Assembly: GCA_902793915.1 (NCBI GenBank)
Contig: CADBFJ010000005.1
Coordinates: 1 to 35,274 of the forward strand
Direction: 5' to 3'
DNA from: an uncultured Ruminococcus sp.
GTDB taxonomy: Bacteria; Bacillota; Clostridia; Oscillospirales; CAG-272
DNA length: 35,274 bases
Below the pieces are notes generated by a model. It was not told the origin of the DNA. It saw only the letters and a list, made by a program, of their open reading frames with translations, and made no database searches. The first letter of the stretch is position 1, and each line of letters begins with the position of its first letter. Below, piece after piece: positions 22,371-31,474 of the stretch. The translations under genes and the position numbers were made by a program.

Positions 22371-23180
22371 TCAAGAAGTTTTCGGTTCAAGCGCCGCGAT
22401 TCTGCAGACTCGCTCGTATGCGATCTTCAAAAACTCGGGCGCGGAAAGCGTCCGATATTGGTATTCGTTGACCAGTTCAAGGGTGAGCGCACCTTTGTAA
22501 GAGGTTTTATGGAGACGCTCCATCATGTCGGCATAATCGATATTGCCGTCAAATGGCATGAGGTGCTCGTCGCCGTCCGCCCAAATGTCTTTCGGATCTC
22601 TTCCGTGGTTGTCGTGCAAATGCGTGCAAAGCAGGCGATCGCCGTAAAGATCGGTGTAATGCACAGACCCCGTGTAGCAATGCTCGTGACCGCAATCGTA
22701 ACAAAAACCGACGTAGGGTTCTTTCTCATAGCGCTTCATAATCACGTCGAGATAGTCGTCGCGGCGGAGATTTTCAAAAGCGACTGTGACACCCCTTTCG
22801 GAAGCGAAGTTCACAAGCTCGTCAAAGCGGGCAAGCCCCTCGTCGCAGATCTGAGGCGGAAACCATCCCGAGGAAACGTGGCAGACCGCGACAGGCACCT
22901 GTGCGCGCTCGCAGCCGATGATGCTGTCCTTAATCCCCTGCCAAAGCGGCAGATAGGCGTCACCCTCGACCCAAAAATCATTGACGCCGCGGTAAGGCGC
23001 GTGTACAAAATCGAGGAAAAGACCGAGCTGATCGCACTTTTCTTTCATGCGGCAGATCATATCGGGATCGCTTGTTTCCGCAAAAACCATATCAAAGCCG
23101 GCGTCCTTAATCAAAGGAAGCGCGTCAAGTTCCGAGATTCCGGGAAGACAAGCTGCCGTGATGCCAAGATTTCTGCTCAT
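22371..23180 (-). CDS. sugar phosphate isomerase/epimerase (xylose isomerase-like TIM barrel)
   Basis: Pattern FENL...CYDCGHEH...HLHDN typical of AP-endonuclease-2/TIM-barrel family proteins. SD AAGGAGAG. Confidence 0.7.
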   Translation of the reverse strand: MSRNLGITAACLPGISELDALPLIKDAGFDMVFAETSDPDMICRMKEKCDQLGLFLDFVHAPYRGVNDFWVEGDAYLPLWQGIKDSIIGCERAQVPVAVCHVSSGWFPPQICDEGLARFDELVNFASERGVTVAFENLRRDDYLDVIMKRYEKEPYVGFCYDCGHEHCYTGSVHYTDLYGDRLLCTHLHDNHGRDPKDIWADGDEHLMPFDGNIDYADMMERLHKTSYKGALTLELVNEYQYRTLSAPEFLKIAYERVCRIAALEPKTS

Positions 23181-23350
23181 CGAAAACTCTCCTTTTTCGC
23201 ATAGCGGTAGCGCAAAGTCGGTTGATCAAACATTGCCTATACCCCTTCATATTTGTTGTAACACAAAACTCTTTTGATGTCAAGAATTGTTCGTTGTTTT
23301 GTAAATTGAACAAAAATGAACAAAATTTAGCAAAAAAAGCAATGAAAAAC

Positions 23351-23379
23351 TTGCTTTTTTGTTCATTTTGTGATATTCT
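23351..23379 (+). promoter_or_regulatory. candidate promoter TTGCTT-17-TATTCT for the DeoR gene, with TGAACAAAA-type repeats nearby
   Basis: TGAACAAAA at 23307-23315 and 23317-23325, and the inverted copy TTTTGTTCA at 23357-23365 inside the spacer. Confidence 0.45.
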
Positions 23380-23409
23380 AAAACAAGATCAAAAAAGGAG
23401 AAGTTTAAT

Positions 23410-24102
23410 ATGAACCTGAACAACCGTCAAAAAAAGATCTTGCAAATTGTCAACAGCACAGGAGGGGCAAAAGTCTCAGACCTTTCAAAATCCCTGTATT
23501 TCAGCGGAATGACCATTCGCCGCGACCTGCAAATGATGGAAAATGAGGGGCTCCTCAAACGGGTACATGGAGGAGCCATAGTAAACGACTCCGATTTCCA
23601 GTATCCCATATGGTATCGCATGGAGATCAACAAAGAGCAAAAGAAGAAACTGGCGCAGCGCGCCGCCAAACATCTGCGAGACGGGCAGGTCATTTTTTTC
23701 AACACTTCCTCCACGCTCGCTTATCTTCTCCCCTATCTGCAACAGTATAAGAATTTACAAATCATCACAAATTCGGTGCACCTGTTGTTTATGATCTCCA
23801 AAATGCACATTCCATGTTTCCTCACCGGCGGACGATATAACGAAGTGGAAGGAAGCATCTCGGGTCGGCAAGCCGAAGCCTTTTTGCGCGGGATCAATCC
23901 CGACATTGCTTTTCTCTCCTGCGAAGCGCTCTCTCCCGACGGTTGTGTCAGCAACAGCAACGAGGATCTTGCGGAGATAGACCGAATCGCCATTGAACAA
24001 TCCAAAACCGCAGTACTGTTAATGGATCAATCCAAACTCGGGGAACGATGCACCTATACCGTTTGCCATACCGACCGACTGGCAGATGTAATCTTGCTTT
24101 GA
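23410..24102 (+). CDS. DeoR/GlpR family transcriptional regulator
   Basis: N-terminal HTH RQKKILQIVNSTGGAKVSDLSKSLYFSGMTIRRDLQMMENEGLLKRVHGGA and a sugar-binding C-terminal domain. Confidence 0.85.
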   Translation: MNLNNRQKKILQIVNSTGGAKVSDLSKSLYFSGMTIRRDLQMMENEGLLKRVHGGAIVNDSDFQYPIWYRMEINKEQKKKLAQRAAKHLRDGQVIFFNTSSTLAYLLPYLQQYKNLQIITNSVHLLFMISKMHIPCFLTGGRYNEVEGSISGRQAEAFLRGINPDIAFLSCEALSPDGCVSNSNEDLAEIDRIAIEQSKTAVLLMDQSKLGERCTYTVCHTDRLADVILL

Positions 24103-24118
24103 ACACAAACACAAAAAA

Positions 24119-24144
24119 AGCGGTGATTCCTTTGAATCACCGCT
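24119..24144. terminator. bidirectional terminator AGCGGTGATTC-cttt-GAATCACCGCT
   Basis: 11-bp stem between convergent genes, with A- and T-runs on the flanks. Confidence 0.75.
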
Positions 24145-24152
24145 TTTACCGT

Positions 24153-25145
24153 TCAATCGTTCTTTTTGCCAAACACCTGCGCGATCCCAAAGACCACACC
24201 GTAGGCAACGCCTGCGACAGGCCAGACGATCCAGCTTCTTCCCCAGTCGTTTGTCAAAAAGCTGTAGAGCAGATATCCGGCTGTAACGACGCTCCAATAG
24301 ATCCCGGCAATCGGCGCAAATTTCTTTTGATTCTTTTTGGATTCTCGGCTGTAATCGCCCTCTTCGAGAAGTTGGGCAAAAGAATCCCAAATGATTGCGG
24401 AATGGACAATTAAAAGCGCGCCGACCGCGACCAAAGCAAGCAGCGCACCAACCGCGAGAACATCAAAGAAGGTATCCTCTTCCCCGCCGAGCAGAATACT
24501 CAAAAAAAGCAGGATCGGGGACAGTACACAAAAAATGATCCCAAGCGTCATCCCGCAGACATAAGTGGGACGAAAGCGCTCTCTCTTCTCTTTTGTCATG
24601 CCGCTCACGCCGTAGAGCGTCTCGATCGGTTCTTTTTCGAGATAATCAAACTTGCTTCTCCGCAAGCCGCCGGTCACAAAAAGCGCCACAGCGCCCCCGA
24701 CCAAAAGGAGAAGAACCGTGAGCCCGAGTCCAACCGACTGATTTTCAGTCAAAGAGAGGACGCCGCACGCCGAGGCGCCGGACAAAAGGATCAGGCAAAT
24801 CGGCGACAAGATGCAAAGCAGAACGCCGAGCGCGATCGTTTTCGCGTTTTTCTCTTTGACATGCAAAAATTCATTGGCTTCTTCCATGCCGACGGTACGC
24901 TCTTTCGCAGCGCTTGCCCGGTCTTCCGAAGGTTTTGCGACCGACTCGATCGAATCTTTCAATAAATAATCGGTCGTAACGCCAAACAGTTCGGAAAGCT
25001 GCAGAACTCGCTCCATATCGGGAACCGACTGCGCGCTTTCCCACTTGGAAACCGACTGCCGACTCACACCGAGCTGCTCCGCTAATTCCTCTTGGGACCA
25101 GCCTCTTTTCTTTCTCAAATCAATCAATTTGTCTGCAAGAATCAT
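24153..25145 (-). CDS. XRE-family HTH protein fused to a multi-pass membrane domain
   Basis: [34 protein letters not shown] followed by several hydrophobic segments. ATG 25145 follows AAGGAG. Confidence 0.75.
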   Translation of the reverse strand: MILADKLIDLRKKRGWSQEELAEQLGVSRQSVSKWESAQSVPDMERVLQLSELFGVTTDYLLKDSIESVAKPSEDRASAAKERTVGMEEANEFLHVKEKNAKTIALGVLLCILSPICLILLSGASACGVLSLTENQSVGLGLTVLLLLVGGAVALFVTGGLRRSKFDYLEKEPIETLYGVSGMTKEKRERFRPTYVCGMTLGIIFCVLSPILLFLSILLGGEEDTFFDVLAVGALLALVAVGALLIVHSAIIWDSFAQLLEEGDYSRESKKNQKKFAPIAGIYWSVVTAGYLLYSFLTNDWGRSWIVWPVAGVAYGVVFGIAQVFGKKND

Positions 25146-25260
25146 GATGCACACTCCTTTTTGTTTGTTCCTCATCGGACGCCTTCAGTATAGCGTAAAA
25201 GCCGATTGCAATCAAGAAAGTCTGCTTGGAACTCGCGCAACCGACGGTTGCATTTTGAAA

Positions 25261-25284
25261 AAGCCGCATTTTGGAATGCGGCTT
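25261..25284 (-). terminator. terminator AAGCCGCATT-ttgg-AATGCGGCTT
   Basis: 10-bp stem with a T-run on the minus strand, downstream of the flavoprotein gene. Confidence 0.7.
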
Positions 25285-25306
25285 TTTCTATCCGGAGATC
25301 TCGGAT

Positions 25307-25846
25307 TCAGCGAATCGATCTCCCCATTTCAAAGGCTTTAATCAGCCCGTCTTTCGCGGCGATCTCGCCGACGTCGTTGACGCCGCCGACAAAAAGCTTG
25401 CCGGCAAAATTTGCTTTCTCAAAGCAATCAACCCAGCCCTGCACACCCTTGGCGGCGCCCGCGTCGGTCGCGGGATCGTCGTCTGCGGCACAGGAAAGAA
25501 GATACACGTCACGGAACTTGTAGGGACGCGAGTAGAGCGAGTTGGCGCGATCGATCATGGTCTTCATCTGTCCCGACATCTCGTAGTAGTAGATCGGCGT
25601 CGCCCAGACGACCACGTCGGCGTCGCAGATCTTGTCTGTAATCTCGTTGGCGTCGTCCTTAATAACGCATTTGCCGAGCTTCTGGCAAGCAAAACAGCCG
25701 CGGCAAAAGGCAATACTTTTCTCACGAAGCGAGACGATCTCAACCTCGTTCCCCGCTTCTTTTGCTCCCGCGGCAAACGCCTCGGCAAGCAGTTGCGAGT
25801 TGCCGCCTTTGCGGAGCGTTGCGCTGATGATCACAATCTTTTTCAT
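25307..25846 (-). CDS. flavodoxin-like fold FMN reductase / iron-sulfur flavoprotein family
   Basis: MKKIVIISATLRKGGNSQLL... and CRGCFACQKLGKC. Confidence 0.7.
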   Translation of the reverse strand: MKKIVIISATLRKGGNSQLLAEAFAAGAKEAGNEVEIVSLREKSIAFCRGCFACQKLGKCVIKDDANEITDKICDADVVVWATPIYYYEMSGQMKTMIDRANSLYSRPYKFRDVYLLSCAADDDPATDAGAAKGVQGWVDCFEKANFAGKLFVGGVNDVGEIAAKDGLIKAFEMGRSIR

Positions 25847-25867
25847 AGTTGTCTCCTTTTCAAGCGT

Positions 25868-27001
25868 TCACGGCAGAATTTTTGCCGCTTCCTCGGGCAA
25901 AACCGTCCGGTAAACGAGGTCACGGATGAAATCCTGCCCCTTGTGGGTCATATAATCGTTATCATAGATATGCGCACCGAAATAAATAGCCAAGCGGTTT
26001 TTGCGGTCGATGAGCGCAAAGGACCCCGTGGCGCCGTCCCAACCAAATTCTCCAACCGACGAGGGAGAGGAGGAAACGATTGGATCAACGTGCACTCTGC
26101 CGCAAAGACCCCAGCTGTATCCATAGAGCCTGTTTGGCATAAATTTTTTCAAGATCTCGTCCGAAAGAAGTCCGACTTCCATTTTTGCAACCGTTTCGGT
26201 TTTGAGCAGGCGATACCCCTCTTTGTTCGTTCCACCGAGTGCAAGCGTCGTCATGAGTTTGATCTGATCCTCGGCAGTGGTGTAGAGCCCTGCCCCGCCG
26301 CTGTCGTAGTTGTCGGTGAGTACATAGGGGCAGGCGGGCTCGCGCTCGACGGCGCGGCTGACCCCGTGCCGATAGGAATACTGCTTGGCAAGGCGCAGGC
26401 GTAAATCTTCGGGCAGATGATAGCCGGTATCTTTCATCGACAGCGGATCGAGAATGATCTTTTTGACATAGTCGGAGAAGCGCACGCCCGACACGACCTC
26501 GACCACCGCCGCGAGGACGTCGTGGCAAAGGCTGTACTGGAATTTGGTGCCGGGCTCAAAATCGAGCGGCGACTTTGCAAAGGCATTGACAACTTCGATC
26601 GTCCCTGCCGAGCGGTCGGCGGTTACTTGTGCGATCGGCTCGGCTTTGAGGTTATAGTTCAGCCCGCCCGTCATCGTGAAAAGCTGGCGGATCGTCATAA
26701 CGTTTTGCGCGGGTGTCACGCTGCCGTCCTTTTGTTTGACGGTTAAGTTTGCGTAGGCGGGGAGATACCTTGAAACCGGATCGTCGAGCCCGAGTTTCCC
26801 TTCCTCAACAAGACGCATTGCCGCTACACAGGTGGTAATTTTCGAGATTGAGCATACAAAACCGATGTTGCGCTCTTGTGTCTCTCTGCCCACGGTCTTT
26901 TCATAGACGGTCTTTCCGTCGAGCGTAACAAAAAGCGAACATTGCGGGATGCCGCGCTGCGGCATCTCGTCCAGATAGCGGTCAAGATATTTGGTGTTCA
27001 T
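25868..27001 (-). CDS. serine hydrolase of the beta-lactamase/transpeptidase-like family
   Basis: SxxK motif SISKITT about 60 aa from the N-terminus. The length and pattern resemble class C-related esterases. Confidence 0.65.
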   Translation of the reverse strand: MNTKYLDRYLDEMPQRGIPQCSLFVTLDGKTVYEKTVGRETQERNIGFVCSISKITTCVAAMRLVEEGKLGLDDPVSRYLPAYANLTVKQKDGSVTPAQNVMTIRQLFTMTGGLNYNLKAEPIAQVTADRSAGTIEVVNAFAKSPLDFEPGTKFQYSLCHDVLAAVVEVVSGVRFSDYVKKIILDPLSMKDTGYHLPEDLRLRLAKQYSYRHGVSRAVEREPACPYVLTDNYDSGGAGLYTTAEDQIKLMTTLALGGTNKEGYRLLKTETVAKMEVGLLSDEILKKFMPNRLYGYSWGLCGRVHVDPIVSSSPSSVGEFGWDGATGSFALIDRKNRLAIYFGAHIYDNDYMTHKGQDFIRDLVYRTVLPEEAAKILP

Positions 27002-27013
27002 TCTGCTGCTCCG

Positions 27014-28081
27014 TTAAGATTTGCTTTCTTTCGTCCACTCTTTTTTCCAACGAATGACAGGCTTTTCGCCTTCCCATTCGATCGGAAGCCAGACGTAGCG
27101 CGATTTGGAAGTGTTTTCGGTGTGGCGTTCTTCCTTGCCCGACATGGGAGTGACCTCGCGCGGATCCTTGTTGGGATTATAATCGCGGAAGGCTTTTTCC
27201 ATGTGTGCGAGAAAGGATTTTGTTTTCAGACGATCACGCAATGCGGGCATCCAGCGGTCTGCGCAGGCAATATATTGCTCGGTCCCGGGAAGTTTTATCA
27301 CACTCGTGAACTGTGCGCCGAAGCTCGTGCCGCTCTTGTCTCCGATGCAGGGATCTCCGAGGTCTGTATAGACGCCGTGCGGATCGTCAAAAACGCAGAC
27401 CGACGACGGGTTCGGATAGTAGCCGCCGGTGCCCGACGTGATAAGATAGCGGCGACCGTCCTTTTCAAAATAGGTCGGCGCCTCTCTCGTGTAAGGCGGG
27501 CGCAGATTGTCGTAGTGCACGCTGTATTCGTCGGTGACGGCGGTATAGTCATCGGTCAGCGTGGCGCAGATGAGCTGAAAATGCGGACGCTCGAACCAAA
27601 TATAGGCTTTGCCGTCGGGATCGGCGTGCAGGCAAAAATCGCCGCAGCTCATTTTGAGCGGCTTGTAGAGAAGTTTATCGACCGTGTAAGGTCCCTCAAA
27701 GCGGTCGGCGGTCAGAATACACATCGACTGGTTGTGACCGCTTAACATGATCTTGAGCCACGCGACGTATTTCCCGGTCTTTTTGCAGTAGATGATATGC
27801 GGGCGATCCATGCAGTAGGTCGGGTGAAGCGGTGAGGAGAGATCATCGGGCGTGGGTGGGATGATGATTCCCTTATCCTCCCAGTTGTAGAGATCCTTCG
27901 AGGTGTAACAGCGGACGCCCCAATGCCAGATCGTCCCTTTGCCGTCGGTCTTTTCCTTGTTTTCGCCATACCAGACAAAGCGCTCGTTTTCTTCGTCGTA
28001 AAAAACCGAAAATCCGTGCGCTTGAATGGGTTTTCCGTTCGTATCGAGCCATTTTTTGCCCGGGCGAATGCTGTGATACAT
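27014..28081 (-). CDS. glycoside hydrolase family 43-like protein
   Basis: Beta-propeller-type repeats (WGVRCYTSKDLYNWEDKG, DRPHIIYCKKTGKYVAW, REAPTYFEKDGRRYLITSG). Confidence 0.55.
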   Translation of the reverse strand: MYHSIRPGKKWLDTNGKPIQAHGFSVFYDEENERFVWYGENKEKTDGKGTIWHWGVRCYTSKDLYNWEDKGIIIPPTPDDLSSPLHPTYCMDRPHIIYCKKTGKYVAWLKIMLSGHNQSMCILTADRFEGPYTVDKLLYKPLKMSCGDFCLHADPDGKAYIWFERPHFQLICATLTDDYTAVTDEYSVHYDNLRPPYTREAPTYFEKDGRRYLITSGTGGYYPNPSSVCVFDDPHGVYTDLGDPCIGDKSGTSFGAQFTSVIKLPGTEQYIACADRWMPALRDRLKTKSFLAHMEKAFRDYNPNKDPREVTPMSGKEERHTENTSKSRYVWLPIEWEGEKPVIRWKKEWTKESKS

Positions 28082-28172
28082 AACAAGCCTCCAAAAAGGA
28101 AAATTTCTATCCCTATTTTAGCGGATTTTCCGCAAAAAAGCAAGCAGTTTTGAAAAAAACAAAAAGCGTGTC

Positions 28173-28214
28173 GCAATAAAGATCCACCCAAATAGCGGGT
28201 GGATCTTTATTTGC
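28173..28214 (-). terminator. long hairpin terminator downstream of acpP
   Basis: GCAATAAAGATCCACCC / GGGTGGATCTTTATTTGC, followed by a T-rich run on the minus strand. Confidence 0.7.
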
Positions 28215-28228
28215 GATATTCAAATGAA

Positions 28229-28456
28229 TTATTTTTTAACGCTCTCAAGATAGTTCACGATGTCGCCAACCGTTCTGAACTCGGCAAGGCTCTCATCGGG
28301 GATCGTGATCCCGTAGGTCTCTTCAATGGTCATGAGCAGTTGGAGAATATCGAGCGAATCGGCACCGAGGTCTTCTTTGATTTTCGACGCCGCGGTAATC
28401 TCTTTGTCACCGAGCTTCAGTTGCTTTTTGAGCGCTTCTTTGACTTCTTCAAACAT
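28229..28456 (-). CDS. acpP: acyl carrier protein
   Basis: DLGADSLD phosphopantetheine attachment motif. ATG 28456 follows GGGAGGAA; the ORF-track start at 28498 lies inside plsX. Confidence 0.88.
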   Translation of the reverse strand: MFEEVKEALKKQLKLGDKEITAASKIKEDLGADSLDILQLLMTIEETYGITIPDESLAEFRTVGDIVNYLESVKK

Positions 28457-29456
28457 TGGTTGTTTCCTCCCTTTCGAGATGCTTTTGGATCTTTTCATTC
28501 AAACTACTGCCCGACATATTCAGCGCCTGCTCAATGCACTTGTAAACGGCAGTCGCATCCGAACTTCCATGCCCTTTGACGATGATTTTTTCGGTTCCGA
28601 GCAGGACAGAACCACCATAGTTCTGGTAGTTCATAAAGCGCTTTTCTTCTTCAAACATTTTCTTCATGAAGAGCGCGCCGAGCTTGTAAATTTCTCTGGA
28701 ATAAATATCCTTTTTGATTTTTTTGAGCAGTTCGAGCGCCGTTCCCTCGGTCGATTTGATCAGGACGTTGCCCGAAAAGCCGTCGCAAACCACAAGATCG
28801 TAGTTGCCCGAAAGCAGATCGCGGCTCTCCATGTTGCCGACAAAGTTAATCCCCTCGGCAGCCTTTAAGAGCTTGTGCGCTTCCCGATGCAAATCGTCTC
28901 CCTTTTCCTCTTCGGTGCCGACGTTGAGCAACGCCACGCGGGGGGTAGAGATGTGGAAAGCGGCTTTTAAGTATTCGCTTCCCATAATGGCAAACTGGAG
29001 CAGCATCTCGGGGGAGCACTCCACATTGGCGCCGCTGTCGCAAATGCCGACGATCCCGCCCCTCATCGTGGGAAGGATCGGGCAAAACGCGGGGCGGCGA
29101 ATGCCGTCGATCCTGCCGATCCGCAGTGTTGCGGCGGCAATCAAGACGCCGGTTGGCCCGGTTGAGATGAGCCCGTCGGCGCTCTCGTCCTCGCGCAAGA
29201 TCTTGATTGCTTTGATCATCGAGCTCTCGCGTTTGAGGCGGATCGCGTCGGTCGGTTTATCGTTCCCCGTGACCACGTCGGGCGCGTGGACGATCTCCAC
29301 TCTCGGGAACTCTTCTTTGAGTTCGGCGCGGATTTTCTCCGCGTCACCGACAAGGACGAACGAAAGATCGGGATATTGCCCCAAGGCTTTTTTTGCGGCT
29401 TCGACGCAGGGCGCGCAGCCCTTGTCACCGCCAAAGCAATCCAGGATCAGCTTCAT
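28449..29456 (-). CDS. plsX: phosphate acyltransferase PlsX
   Basis: Full-length PlsX pattern (MKLILDCFGGD..., NVGTEEEKG, DGFSGNVLIK), adjacent to acpP. Confidence 0.88.
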   Translation of the reverse strand: MKLILDCFGGDKGCAPCVEAAKKALGQYPDLSFVLVGDAEKIRAELKEEFPRVEIVHAPDVVTGNDKPTDAIRLKRESSMIKAIKILREDESADGLISTGPTGVLIAAATLRIGRIDGIRRPAFCPILPTMRGGIVGICDSGANVECSPEMLLQFAIMGSEYLKAAFHISTPRVALLNVGTEEEKGDDLHREAHKLLKAAEGINFVGNMESRDLLSGNYDLVVCDGFSGNVLIKSTEGTALELLKKIKKDIYSREIYKLGALFMKKMFEEEKRFMNYQNYGGSVLLGTEKIIVKGHGSSDATAVYKCIEQALNMSGSSLNEKIQKHLEREETTNV

Positions 29457-30589
29457 TGTTCTGCCCCCTTGACGAGCGTTTTGACATAGGATCTGCGGCG
29501 CTTGTGGTTCACTTCGTCAAAGCGTTTCCACATGTTGCGGATGGAGTAATTATCCTCCAGATTGAGGTTGGTCTCGGCATACTCGATCCCGTCCTCTTGG
29601 AGCATCCGAACAAGCTCGGACGCGATGACCGCGCTGACACCTTTATTCAGATACTCGGGGGAAACGGCAATGAGCCCCAGATCGAGCACCGACGGCTTTT
29701 TAATTGCCTTCAGTAGCCTTACAATCGCGCCGGGAGTCAGGCGACCGCCCGATTTTTGCACGGCTTTTGCGATCGACGGGAAGCAAAGCCCGAGGCAAAC
29801 GAGTTTATCGTTTTCGTCGAGGATCACGGCAACGTATTTGAGGTCGATGATGAGTTTGAAGTTATCGACCATCATTTTTTTCATACCGTCAGTGAACGGG
29901 ACCGTGCCGTAGAGCTTGTCATAACCAACGTCGAGTAGTTCAAAGAATCCGTCCACGTACTTTTTGAGAAAATCATTGACGTTCTTCGCGGGACCGAAGT
30001 GCAGATGATAGCGCTGCATAATGAAATCCGCCATTTTTTTGAGAGATCCGTCGTCCTCTTTGGGGGCATAGAGCTTGGATTCAAGCCAGTCAACCTCTTT
30101 TTCGTAGCCGAGGGACTCGATATGGTGCTGATAATATTCGGCGTTGTACTGCTCTTCAAAGGTCGAGAGCTGATCAAACCCCTCGACAAGCAGCCCCTCG
30201 CGTTCGAGATCCGAATACCCAAGCGGGCCGCACATGGTGTCCATGCCCTTTTCGCGCGCCCAATTTTCGAGCGCACCGAAAAGTGCCGATGAAACTTCGG
30301 GCTTGTCGATCGCGTCAAAGCGGGTAAAGCGGCAACGCTTTTCGCCGTTTTTTTCGTTGGCGGCGCGCTGGATGATACCCTCGATCCTGCCAACGACTTT
30401 TTCCTCCTCGTAAGCGAGAAAAAAGACCGAGTCGCAGGTATCGCTATAGACGTAATCGGAGCGGAAGATCTTTTTCTCATCGCCATAGAGCGGGGGGACA
30501 AAATAGGGGTTGTCCTTGTAAAGTCCCAGCGGAAAGTTGAGAAACTCTTTCTGCTGTTTTTTGGTTTTGACTTCTTCGATTCTGATCAT
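29453..30589 (-). CDS. GNAT-fold-like protein of unknown specificity
   Basis: Weak acyl-CoA N-acyltransferase-like pattern in two halves. ATG 30589 follows AGGTGA; the ORF-track GTG at 30598 overlaps the degV stop. Confidence 0.4.
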   Translation of the reverse strand: MIRIEEVKTKKQQKEFLNFPLGLYKDNPYFVPPLYGDEKKIFRSDYVYSDTCDSVFFLAYEEEKVVGRIEGIIQRAANEKNGEKRCRFTRFDAIDKPEVSSALFGALENWAREKGMDTMCGPLGYSDLEREGLLVEGFDQLSTFEEQYNAEYYQHHIESLGYEKEVDWLESKLYAPKEDDGSLKKMADFIMQRYHLHFGPAKNVNDFLKKYVDGFFELLDVGYDKLYGTVPFTDGMKKMMVDNFKLIIDLKYVAVILDENDKLVCLGLCFPSIAKAVQKSGGRLTPGAIVRLLKAIKKPSVLDLGLIAVSPEYLNKGVSAVIASELVRMLQEDGIEYAETNLNLEDNYSIRNMWKRFDEVNHKRRRSYVKTLVKGAEQ

Positions 30590-30594
30590 AGCGC

Positions 30595-31464
30595 TCACCT
30601 ATGGGTCGCGTGAAAGCAGACGCCAACGGTATCGGGACCGCAATGGCTGCCCGCAGTTGGGTTGACGTCCGCCAGGACGATGTTTAGCTTCTCACCGTAC
30701 TTTTCTTTCAGGGCAGAAACGATCTTTTCGGCGATCTGCGGCGCGTCGGCATGCCCGACGATCACGCGATGGTTATAAAGGTCGTCGCCGAGTTCATCGA
30801 CGTAGGAGAGCAGTCTTTTAATGGCGTTGTTGCGCCCGGTCTCCTTGCCGACGCTGACCATTTTGCCCTCCTCGTTCATGTAAATGATCGGGCGAATTCC
30901 GAGGATCGAGCCCATGGCGCCGGCAATTCCGCTGACGCGGCCGCTCTTGGCAAAGAATTTAAGATCGTCCGCAAAGAAATAGACGGCAAAACGATCGACC
31001 TCGGTCTTTGCCCATTCGAGGACTTCTTCGGGCGTTTTGCCGGAGAGGAACAAGTCGCCGATCGCAAGAACGATATTGAGACTTATGATCGTGATGCCCT
31101 TGGTATCGACCTCGTAAAACTTTCTTTCGGGATATTTTTCCTTGAGCTCTTTCACCGCGAGATCCATCGCGTCAAAGGTGGCGGTCATCGCGCGCGAGAA
31201 ATGCACGTAGAAGATATCGTTGCCCGCTGCAAATTCGGGTTCAAAATACTCGATGTATTTTTCTTTGCTGATCGCGCTCGTCGAAGGGAGCGTCCCGGCG
31301 CGGAGCATCGAATAAAAAGCGTGCGCGTCAAAGTTCTCAAAGCTCTCGTATGGAAATACGGTTTCTCCGTTCGCGCTGTAAGGCATACTGATGAGTCTGT
31401 AGCCGTATTTTTCCGCCTGCACCGGGGTGATGTCGGTATCGGTGTCGGTAAAAAGTTTTAACAT
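30595..31464 (-). CDS. DegV family fatty-acid-binding protein
   Basis: MLKLFTDTDTDITP..., LPSTSAIS, and typical DegV length and pattern. Confidence 0.8.
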   Translation of the reverse strand: MLKLFTDTDTDITPVQAEKYGYRLISMPYSANGETVFPYESFENFDAHAFYSMLRAGTLPSTSAISKEKYIEYFEPEFAAGNDIFYVHFSRAMTATFDAMDLAVKELKEKYPERKFYEVDTKGITIISLNIVLAIGDLFLSGKTPEEVLEWAKTEVDRFAVYFFADDLKFFAKSGRVSGIAGAMGSILGIRPIIYMNEEGKMVSVGKETGRNNAIKRLLSYVDELGDDLYNHRVIVGHADAPQIAEKIVSALKEKYGEKLNIVLADVNPTAGSHCGPDTVGVCFHATHR

Positions 31465-31474
31465 GGTGGTCTCC

